Shown piece by piece: positions 1-7,293 of a stretch of DNA of 21,805 nucleotides (positions are counted from its first letter, which is position 1; every line of letters begins with the position of its first letter). The stretch comes from Candidatus Cloacimonadota bacterium. Lineage in GTDB: Bacteria > Cloacimonadota > Cloacimonadia > Cloacimonadales > WRIO01. The DNA lies in NCBI GenBank assembly GCA_029564175.1, contig JAKQQL010000171.1:1-21805 (forward strand), read 5' to 3'. Made by a program: the position numbers and the translations under genes. The notes under the pieces are model-generated. The model worked only from the letters and a program-made list of their open reading frames with translations, searched no databases and was not told the origin of the DNA.

Positions 1-290
1 TGGTTCCTTTCATTGCCCGAAATTGTTTCTTTGGTAACTGAATTATCTCTTTGTCTTCCATTTTGTTGAGTAATGTAGTACATTCAACCTTTCTTGGTTT
101 ACCAAAAGCACTATACCAATTAAATTCATTGCATACCAAGGCCGTTAATTTTGAGCGGGTAATTCCTTCCTGGCTCGCCATGGTGTTTTCAATAAATGAT
201 TTTACATTGTCACTATATGCTATTCTATTCATAAAAACAAATAAATCTGATACAGATTATTTGTCCAGTAATTTTTTGGGGTAGGGTAAG
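1..290 (-). mobile_element. Putative end of an IS4-family element
   Basis: Transposase-like ORF starts about 60 nt inside CTTACCCTACCCCAAAAAATT (minus strand from 290), which resembles IS4-type termini. The other end is outside the window, so the inverted repeat cannot be confirmed. Confidence 0.4.
2..232 (-). CDS. N-terminal part of a DUF4338-domain protein, probably an IS4-family (Tn5/IS50-like) transposase; runs off the window edge
   Basis: Hand translation from ATG 232 (absent from the ORF track): MNRIAYSDNVKSFIENTMASQEGITRSKLTALVCNEFNWYSAFGKPRKVECTTLLNKMEDKEIIQLPKKQFRAMKGT. It fits the remembered R..L...VC...NW....G.....C...L..ME....I.LP N-terminal pattern of DUF4338 proteins/transposases. 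Confidence 0.65.
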   Translation of the reverse strand, partial: MNRIAYSDNVKSFIENTMASQEGITRSKLTALVCNEFNWYSAFGKPRKVECTTLLNKMEDKEIIQLPKKQFRAMKGT

Positions 291-316
291 TCATGTGGAG
301 GGGGAGGTAAGTTACC

Positions 317-568
317 GTACTACAAGTATCTTGCTTGTAGCCTGTTCATAAAGCTGGAAGATGATACAATATCGGATGAACGGCGCTGATAAGACACCCC
401 ACTCTGGGGTCTCATAAGCTTCGCTCATCCGTACAAAACCCTTTGACATGTTGTAGAACGACCATCCTGGTCGTAGAAAATCATACTCTCGGGAGAAGCG
501 GAGCGTAAGAGTCCTGGAGGGGCAAGCCTTGCGTTTCCCATCAAACGCAAGCTGGTAGCTTATGTTAC
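317..568. repeat. Cluster of REP-like palindromes
   Basis: GTACTACAAGTATCTTGCTTGTAG (317-340), GTAGAACGACCATCCTGGTCGT (453-474) and CGCAAGCTGGTAGCTTATGTTAC (546-568). The same families recur at 9312, 14711, 16621 and 19304. Confidence 0.7.
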
Positions 569-595
569 ATTCTCTCCTTACTACAAGGCTTTCTC

Positions 596-1612
596 TTATC
601 GATTCAAGGTCTTCTGATACTCGTCTATCATATCCTGAATATTTTTTTGCAGTTCAGGCATATAGGCAATCAGCGTATTCAGCATAGTCAGGGTATATCT
701 GACTTCGGCATTTTTTTGGGAAGGGGCATTGTTAAGTTGTTTTTCTGCACGCAACTTGATCGCATTGAGAGAAACAGGGTGTTTGGCAATCTGATTATGT
801 TCTGCGGACAGTTTTTCTAAAAAGCTGACATCCACTTTTATTGCTTCACGGTATTGATTGAGGGTAAGTCTGGCAGTCTCATAATCTTCCATCATGATTT
901 TTCTCAAATCTCTGTGGATTTCAAATGCGTCTTTAATCCATTGATAATTAGGATGAGTCGGAGCAATAGCCGGCATCATCAGTTGAAATAAATCATTACT
1001 GTGTTTAATTTTAGGTAAGAGTGCCTGAGGTTCTTTATCGACTATATCTTTTTCAGGTTCTACGGGAATCATCTCATTTGATTTCGTGCTTATTAGAGTG
1101 ATCGCTTTGTTTTGTTTTTTAGGGAAATCGTTTTTGTTAATTCTTTTTTTCATGGCATTTGCACGGTTAAACAGCGAAACTTTTTGATAAAAATCAAGAT
1201 AAATCTTTGCTGATTCGATATTATCAGGTTCTTCACTGTTGTAAATGTCCAAAACCAGTTTAAAATTTTCATTTTTAATCGTGAACATCTCACCGTAAAA
1301 GTTTTTTTTGGTATTGATACGAATGTTGAGATCTTTTCCTTTTGGGCTGATACTGATATGATCGATTAACAGATTGTTTTGGTTCATTTGAACCGGCAGC
1401 ATAGAAGCCAGCTTCTTGCAATGACTCAGTTCAATATCAATAAATTGATTGTCAGTGTCCATATTTACCTTAAAAAAGAGAGAAGAATCAAACACAAATA
1501 CCAGTCGGCTAATCTCCTGATAGTCTTTGTAATAAAAATGCATGAGCTGCTGAGCAGCCAAAGAATATGTGGCAAGCACAAATAAAGTCATTATCAAAGC
1601 TTTTTTTATCAT
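596..1612 (-). CDS. Secreted/periplasmic hypothetical protein with a possible AMIN-like N-terminal beta domain and a helical C-terminus
   Basis: 338-aa ORF with RBS AAGGAG and signal peptide MIKKALIMTLFVLATYSLAA. SRLVFVFD...FKLVLDIY resembles AMIN domains (weak). Confidence 0.75.
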   Translation of the reverse strand: MIKKALIMTLFVLATYSLAAQQLMHFYYKDYQEISRLVFVFDSSLFFKVNMDTDNQFIDIELSHCKKLASMLPVQMNQNNLLIDHISISPKGKDLNIRINTKKNFYGEMFTIKNENFKLVLDIYNSEEPDNIESAKIYLDFYQKVSLFNRANAMKKRINKNDFPKKQNKAITLISTKSNEMIPVEPEKDIVDKEPQALLPKIKHSNDLFQLMMPAIAPTHPNYQWIKDAFEIHRDLRKIMMEDYETARLTLNQYREAIKVDVSFLEKLSAEHNQIAKHPVSLNAIKLRAEKQLNNAPSQKNAEVRYTLTMLNTLIAYMPELQKNIQDMIDEYQKTLNR

Positions 1613-2044
1613 AAGACACTCCTTATTAAGCCAATTAGAAAACTTAATGTAAAATTGGCAAGAAAAAAATGAAGAATATCAAAAATATTACAGATTAGAG
1701 AGTGGAAACATCATGACAAGGCATCCTGTATGTTGAAAATGTGCTCACGCAAAAGGTCTCACGCAGAGGTACCGTACTACGCAAGCTCCGCTTCGAACGT
1801 TCCTACAGACCGCTTTGACATTTTTTTAAAATGACATTTTGCAGACACACATTGATTGAGTAAATAAGTACCTGAGTAATTACGAATTTTAATTTCTTTC
1901 CTTATCCTTTCCTTATCCTTTCCTTTTAAAATACTTTTGGTCTATAAATATAAAACAAGGGAGGATGGTGAAGGTAATTGTGAATGATGAATGATGAAAT
2001 GATAAAGTAAGAAAAATGAGATTAGTGATATTTCAAATAAAGCA

Positions 2045-2614
2045 TCAAAGTTTATATGAGAGATTTTCTCTCTCAATAATTTCAAATATTGTACTACCAT
2101 TTAAATGAAGAATGTTATTGATAGAAAACCCTTTTTCTTTTGCATTGCGAATGGCATTATCTAATTTATCGTATAGTTTGATATAAGAGTTTGAACTTTT
2201 ATGATAATTGGGAATATACTGTAATAATTTATGCATGCATTGATCAGCAGTATTTATTCTTTCTCCTTTTTCAAAGTGTAAAAGAAGCCAGTACTCAAAG
2301 CATGGATTAGACATACAAAAAAAATAGTCATTTTCAACACAGTAGTTTTTTAAGTTTTCTAAATGCTCATTTGTCCATGAATCTTTATCGACAACAACAT
2401 AAACAGAGTCTTTTTTTTCAAACTCAGTTTTTTTGTTTTTTATCGCATTTAGAATATAAATGGGTGAAGATGATTTAGCTTTTTGAGGTTTGATTGTTTT
2501 ATTATCAGGATTAGTAAAATATTTGAAATACTCATTTCCACTACATTTGTCTTCTGTGAAAATATATATAAAATACTTTTCTTGAGAAACAGTATTATTC
2601 TTTTTTATTATCAT
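2045..2614 (-). CDS. rloB: RloB family (TOPRIM-like, AbiLii-related) protein
   Basis: Motifs VYVVVDKD and SNPCFEYWLLLHF. Start moved to ATG 2614, which has an AAGGAG RBS and overlaps the ATPase end by 20 nt (189 aa). Confidence 0.85.
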   Translation of the reverse strand: MIIKKNNTVSQEKYFIYIFTEDKCSGNEYFKYFTNPDNKTIKPQKAKSSSPIYILNAIKNKKTEFEKKDSVYVVVDKDSWTNEHLENLKNYCVENDYFFCMSNPCFEYWLLLHFEKGERINTADQCMHKLLQYIPNYHKSSNSYIKLYDKLDNAIRNAKEKGFSINNILHLNGSTIFEIIERENLSYKL

Positions 2615-3974
2615 CCGATAACTCCTTAGATAATTCAGAGTTGCTTTGATCAAAGAAAATACAAGAGTCAATACTTGGAGTATAGCTTAATCTTCCTAAT
2701 AGATATTTTTTCTTTATTTTTACATCATGTCTTATATCTTTGAATAATCCAAGATTTCTTAATACGGGAGTATTATTGCCTTCTCTATCGAAAATCCAAA
2801 TCTCATCTTTACGCAAAAATTTCAGGTCTAATAGTTGCACATCATGAGTTGTGATGATTAATTGTGAATTATTATTTTTTGTGAGTATATTTTGAAAGAA
2901 TATATCGATAATGTTACGAACTAAAGCACTGTGTAAACTGCGATCAATTTCATCAAGAAACAGCGTTAATTCTTCATTAGTATGAATAAGAAGATATAGC
3001 ATAGGAAGAATATCTAAAAGCCTGTTTGTACCATCAGATTCTTCATGAAGTTTGAAATCATAATTTTTATTATTAGAAGAGTGTCGAGTAATTAATTCGT
3101 GAACAAAGACATTTTCTCCTGATTTTTCAATTTCAATTCTTAAAAAATTATTATAAGGAATATAAGTGTTATTAAGATCGCTTTCTTTTAGAGATTCTTT
3201 AATATCATTTTTTAAATCGACAGGAAAATCTTTTAATTCTTTTTTCCCTATTGAGGTGATTCCTGTATTCAATTCTGTCAAAATTTTACAAAATGAATCG
3301 CTTTTTTTGTCATCTATAAAATTGAAAATGAATGGAAGTGTATCATCTGGAGTTAACAATATAAGTTTTCTTTCAAACCAGTCATAAATTTCTTTAAACT
3401 CTGTTCTATTTTGATTAATTGTATTGTTAATAAAGAGTTTATTTTTTTTTGTTCCATTATTAAATAACATTAATTCATTACATGTTTCATTATTAAAAAA
3501 CCATTTATGAGATTTGATATTATTAGAATTATTATTGAAATAAATGTTATAAACTGAGGTCTCTTTACAAAAAGATCTGTTATAAATGCAATAATCAGTT
3601 TTTTTTGAGGATAAATACCATAACTCTTCATTTTCTACCTGGTTATTATTATAGGATATTTTAAACAAAAATATATCTTCTTTAATTGAAAAAACAATTT
3701 CAAAGACTGTATTTTCTGAGTTACCATCTAATCTATAGGGATTATAACTTAAGCTTCTACCATCAACCATATTTTTTAATAACATTAAAGCTTTCATAAT
3801 ACTGGATTTACCAGACGCATTTGCTCCAAAAATGGCAGAAAATAAATTAACTTTATGCCCTTTTAGTTTAACAATTCTTTCTCTGAATTTTGTCTGGTTA
3901 TGTTTTTCAAAAAAATCTATAGTTGTTTCTTCTTTAAAGCACATCCAGTTTTTAACGGTAAACGATAGCAGCAT
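2595..3974 (-). CDS. RloA/AbiLi-like ABC-type ATPase (AAA_21/AAA_15)
   Basis: MLLSFTVKNW start, Walker A GANASGKS, signature ESDGT, Walker B LFLDEID, H-loop ITTHD; RBS GGAGG; coupled to rloB. Confidence 0.9.
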   Translation of the reverse strand: MLLSFTVKNWMCFKEETTIDFFEKHNQTKFRERIVKLKGHKVNLFSAIFGANASGKSSIMKALMLLKNMVDGRSLSYNPYRLDGNSENTVFEIVFSIKEDIFLFKISYNNNQVENEELWYLSSKKTDYCIYNRSFCKETSVYNIYFNNNSNNIKSHKWFFNNETCNELMLFNNGTKKNKLFINNTINQNRTEFKEIYDWFERKLILLTPDDTLPFIFNFIDDKKSDSFCKILTELNTGITSIGKKELKDFPVDLKNDIKESLKESDLNNTYIPYNNFLRIEIEKSGENVFVHELITRHSSNNKNYDFKLHEESDGTNRLLDILPMLYLLIHTNEELTLFLDEIDRSLHSALVRNIIDIFFQNILTKNNNSQLIITTHDVQLLDLKFLRKDEIWIFDREGNNTPVLRNLGLFKDIRHDVKIKKKYLLGRLSYTPSIDSCIFFDQSNSELSKELSDDNKKE

Positions 3975-3993
3975 AAATCCTCCAATTGACTAA

Positions 3994-4021
3994 AAAATAA
4001 TAAAAATGTTAAAATTGTCAA
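3994..4021 (-). promoter_or_regulatory. Putative sigma70 promoter of the left ATPase-rloB operon
   Basis: Minus-strand TTGACA (4021-4016) followed 16-17 nt later by an AT-rich TATTTT-like -10. Confidence 0.4.
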
Positions 4022-4059
4022 GAGAAATTTTTAAAAAATGATAAAAAACAATAATTTTA

Positions 4060-4074
4060 TGCGAAAAAATCGCA
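4060..4074. promoter_or_regulatory. Operator-like palindrome TGCGA-N5-TCGCA
   Basis: Perfect 5-bp inverted repeat upstream of the ATPase, with the same geometry as 19736-19750. Confidence 0.35.
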
Positions 4075-4130
4075 CAAATACATTATTTCTTAGTCACAAG
4101 AAGGTTTTTATTGTTACATCTATGAACAGA

Positions 4131-4244
4131 TTATTCACAATATGGGCTCAACGCTTCTTTTAACGACTTAAAAAATTCTTCGATGATAGCCTGGATTTCT
4201 TCTGGAGATAATTCTATTTCAGGGAGAGTGCATTGATCATTCAT
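4131..4244 (-). CDS. Small acidic hypothetical peptide (37 aa)
   Basis: Hand translation MNDQCTLPEIELSPEEIQAIIEEFFKSLKEALSPYCE; its ATG lies 2 nt after the stop of the 4247-4489 ORF. Confidence 0.35.
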   Translation of the reverse strand: MNDQCTLPEIELSPEEIQAIIEEFFKSLKEALSPYCE

Positions 4245-4246
4245 AA

Positions 4247-4489
4247 TTACAAAAGTATATTTTTCAATTCTTCTTCTGTGAAATCACATTTAATGGGTTG
4301 TTTGGTATTTATTGCATTCATAACAGCTGTATAATCGTCAAAACCAGTATAAGCTTCAAGATAACGAGGATATTCATGAAAAATATTAAAATAGTCCTGG
4401 ATAACTGAAAATGCTTCTTCTTCAGAAACATTCCATTCTTTAATTCTTGATTGAGTGAGAGATTTAGCATAATCTTCATTAAAAGACAT
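4247..4489 (-). CDS. Hypothetical phage-like acidic protein (80 aa)
   Basis: TAATG stop/start overlap with the upstream ORF and RBS GAAGG indicate translational coupling. Confidence 0.65.
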   Translation of the reverse strand: MSFNEDYAKSLTQSRIKEWNVSEEEAFSVIQDYFNIFHEYPRYLEAYTGFDDYTAVMNAINTKQPIKCDFTEEELKNILL

Positions 4490-4728
4490 TAACCTTCTCC
4501 TTTAGTAAAAACGATATCATTCTTTTGACCGAGGTCAGGTCGTGGTTTATCGTGGGCATTATCATATATATCATCAGGGATTCCATAGGGGAAAGCAATA
4601 CAGCAGAGGACATCTTCATCTATAGATTTTATAGAATCTGATTCATTAAATTCTAATTCTCTAAGGGGATCATAATGTTTACAGTCTGTACAAAAAAAAC
4701 CGTTTTCCCGTTTAATTCTGCTTCTCAT
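4489..4728 (-). CDS. Small Cys-containing phage-associated protein (CxxCKH...C.AFP.GIP..I), candidate immunity/partner protein
   Basis: 79-aa ORF with RBS AAAGGA. The motif CTDCKH...CCIAFPYGIPDDI...HDKP...QKNDIVF resembles small proteins I recall downstream of phage head-morphogenesis (MuF-type) toxin genes. Confidence 0.7.
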   Translation of the reverse strand: MRSRIKRENGFFCTDCKHYDPLRELEFNESDSIKSIDEDVLCCIAFPYGIPDDIYDNAHDKPRPDLGQKNDIVFTKGEG

Positions 4729-4730
4729 AT

Positions 4731-4991
4731 TTATCCTTTCCCTTTTTGTTCATTCCAAATGGCTTTAATTACTTCAAACACTTCTAAGCTTGTTTCACAT
4801 GGAGAGTCTCCACACATCGTATCTGAAAAAGCTTCAGCCACAAATTCTTCTACTGTATCAGAACCATATATAGATACATTAAATCTTTTATTTCTAAAGA
4901 TGTCAAGAATTCTTTTATCTTTTCTTAGTGAATATCACAGTTCTGCGTCCAGAAGGTGACCCAGTTCATGATACAAAATTGATATAAATCG
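4731..4991 (-). pseudogene. C-terminal remnant of a zincin (HExxH) metallopeptidase domain
   Basis: Hand translation RFISILYHELGHLLDAEL*YSLRKDKRILDIFRNKRFNVSIYGSDTVEEFVAEAFSDTMCGDSPCETSLEVFEVIKAIWNEQKGKG*. HELGH at 4970-4956, third-ligand motif EEFVAEAF, in-frame TGA at 4937-4935, no N-terminus. Confidence 0.7.
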
Positions 4992-5009
4992 TTAAATTAA
5001 TAATTTTTC

Positions 5010-5038
5010 TTGACAATTTATAGACTGATTTTAAAAAT
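5010..5038 (+). promoter_or_regulatory. Putative sigma70 promoter for the R-M locus
   Basis: TTGACA at 5010-5015 and a weak TAAAAAT -10-like element at 5032-5038. Confidence 0.35.
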
Positions 5039-5155
5039 TCGTGATGGTAAGCTGCTATAGAGTGAATATTCAGTCGCATTTAAAATTCAAGTCCTATTTA
5101 GTAGAACTTAAGTTGAGCCGGCGTTACAGATCAACAAGCATGAGTTATTTGTTTT

Positions 5156-5178
5156 AACAGGCAAGTTGCCCGTTCTAC
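5156..5178 (-). repeat. GTAG-foot REP-like palindrome
   Basis: Minus strand reads GTAGAACGGGCAACTTGCCTGTT. Confidence 0.6.
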
Positions 5179-5215
5179 AACAATCGTCTTGTAGTACAGA
5201 GAGGAAAGGGGTTAT

Positions 5216-7252
5216 ATGGCACAATCGATAGAACCAAACATAGCAGATTTGGCAAATGGATGGCTAAAGGAATATAATCTGGATTATAAATTAGAGCAGG
5301 AGTCATTAAACTCAGAAATTGATAAGGCACTTTCAGATTATGCGACAAAAAATGGAGGTACAGGCGGAAACAGGCCTGATGCAAAATTGTTATTACAAGA
5401 CAGGAAACTTAATTATTATCCTGTTTTGATAGAGTATAAAGGCTATAAAGACAAGCTGGTAAAGCTTGACAAAGAGGGGCAGGTAGAAAACAAAACAGCT
5501 AAAAATGAGCCAAATTTTAAGAATATAAATTCATATGCCGTAAATGGAGCGATTCATTATGCCAATGCTTTACTTCATCATACCAGTTACACTGATATAA
5601 TTGCGATCGGAGTAAGCGGATATAAAGATGAAACAGACAAGATACGCCATCAAATCGGCGTGTATTATGTTTCAAAAAGTAATTTTGGTTTGGGACAAAA
5701 AGTTGGAGATTATACTGATTTGTCTTTTTTAGCTGCTGGTCACTTTGATGATTTTATTGAAAAGATAAATACTTTACAATTACCTCAAAAAGAGATAGAC
5801 AAATTAAAAGAACAAAGAGAAAAAGAGATAGATATCAGCCTGAAAAAGCTGAATAATGATATATATCAGAATGAAAAGGGATTAGGAGAGAATGACCGTG
5901 TCTATCTGGTTGCCGCCTCAATCATAGCAACGCTTGGCATTCCCGGCAAAGTGGCTCCGCTGGAAAAATCAGATTTAAAATCTTCAAGCGAAAAAGACAA
6001 TACAGATGGAGACATCATTGTCAGAAAAATCAAAGCCTTTTTGAATGAAAAAGATCTGCCACAAGAGAAAAAAGAATTGATCGTGCGAACTTTACAAAAT
6101 ACCCTTACCACAGAAAACATCAATAAAGTGAATAATGGAGAAAGTCAGCTCAAAAGAGTTTTTACAAAAATAGTGGATGATTTGGGGATATATTATAAAA
6201 TAGGATTAAGCACCGATTTTACAGGAAAACTCTTTAATGAAATGTATGGCTGGCTTGGCTTTACTCAGGATAAACTCAATGATGTCGTGCTAACGCCCTC
6301 TTATGTGGCGACCCTTTTGGTAAAACTTGCCAGAGTCAATAAAGATTCTTTTGTATGGGATTTTGCCACAGGATCAGCAGGCTTACTGGTAGCGGCTATG
6401 AATGAAATGCTGAATGATGCCAAAGAAAGTATCCAATCTCCGGAAGCGCTTGTGCAAAAAGAAATCAAAATCAAAGCAGAGCAATTACTCGGATTAGAAC
6501 TGCTTTCAAGTGTATATATGCTGGCAATCCTGAATATGATATTGATGGGAGATGGCAGCTCTAACATATTAAACAAAGACTCTTTGAGTGATTTTGACGG
6601 TCATTACGGCTTTGGCAGAACCGACAACAAATTCCCTGCGGATGCTTTTGTGCTCAATCCGCCTTATTCTGCAAACGGAAACGGTATGAATTTTGTGGAA
6701 AAAGCCCTTGGTATGATGAATAAAGGCTATGCTGCCATAATTATTCAGAATTCTGCCGGCTCTGGAAAAGCCAAAGATTACAATAAAAAGATACTTGAAA
6801 GAAATACACTGCTGGCAAGTATCAAAATGCCAATCGATTTATTTATCGGAAAATCCAGCGTTCAAACCAATGTGTATGTTTTCAGAGTAAACGAAGCTCA
6901 TCAAAAAAACGATGTCGTCAAGTTTATTGACTTTTCAAATGACGGCTATACCAGAACCAACCGGAAAAAAGCCAGTATCAACCTGAAAGATACAGATCAT
7001 GCCAAAGAACGATATGAAGAAGTGGTTAATCTCGTTCGATATGGAAAAAGCAAATTGAGACTCTTTACTGAAAAAGAATACTATGAAGGGACAATAGACC
7101 CTTTAAATGGCGCAGACTGGAATCAGACCGCCCCAATTGATACAAAGCCAAGCTTAGAGGACTTTAAAAAAACAGTAAGCGACTACCTGGCATGGGAAGT
7201 CTCCAATATTCTGAAACAGCAGAATAAGGGGGACGAAAGCCTGGGAAAATAG
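5216..7252 (+). CDS. Fused restriction endonuclease / N6-adenine DNA methyltransferase (BcgI A-subunit-like, Type IIB/IIG)
   Basis: 678 aa. N-terminal PD-(D/E)xK motif RPD...IEYKG, SAM-binding DFATGSAG, then catalytic NPPY (gamma-class order); RBS AAAGGGG. Confidence 0.92.
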   Translation: MAQSIEPNIADLANGWLKEYNLDYKLEQESLNSEIDKALSDYATKNGGTGGNRPDAKLLLQDRKLNYYPVLIEYKGYKDKLVKLDKEGQVENKTAKNEPNFKNINSYAVNGAIHYANALLHHTSYTDIIAIGVSGYKDETDKIRHQIGVYYVSKSNFGLGQKVGDYTDLSFLAAGHFDDFIEKINTLQLPQKEIDKLKEQREKEIDISLKKLNNDIYQNEKGLGENDRVYLVAASIIATLGIPGKVAPLEKSDLKSSSEKDNTDGDIIVRKIKAFLNEKDLPQEKKELIVRTLQNTLTTENINKVNNGESQLKRVFTKIVDDLGIYYKIGLSTDFTGKLFNEMYGWLGFTQDKLNDVVLTPSYVATLLVKLARVNKDSFVWDFATGSAGLLVAAMNEMLNDAKESIQSPEALVQKEIKIKAEQLLGLELLSSVYMLAILNMILMGDGSSNILNKDSLSDFDGHYGFGRTDNKFPADAFVLNPPYSANGNGMNFVEKALGMMNKGYAAIIIQNSAGSGKAKDYNKKILERNTLLASIKMPIDLFIGKSSVQTNVYVFRVNEAHQKNDVVKFIDFSNDGYTRTNRKKASINLKDTDHAKERYEEVVNLVRYGKSKLRLFTEKEYYEGTIDPLNGADWNQTAPIDTKPSLEDFKKTVSDYLAWEVSNILKQQNKGDESLGK

Positions 7253-7293
7253 TTGCCCCACTTAACGAGAAGCTGAAAAGAGTTGAGTGGGGC
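7225..7293 (+). other. Predicted -1 programmed ribosomal frameshift signal
   Basis: SD-like TAAGGGGG 7225-7232; 10-nt gap; slippery G_GGA_AAA 7243-7249 directly before TAG; 5-nt spacer; 12-bp stem GCCCCACTTAAC (7255-7266) / GTTGAGTGGGGC (7282-7293). Confidence 0.75.

Noticed and set aside
1897..1925. TTTCCTTATCC tandem as a functional element
   Set aside because: It is a short low-complexity duplication with no supporting context.
4935..4937. Selenocysteine or recoded TGA in the peptidase fragment
   Set aside because: The fragment lacks its N-terminus, the position is not a plausible catalytic Cys, and TGA serves as a stop elsewhere in the window (e.g. 2045, 17576).
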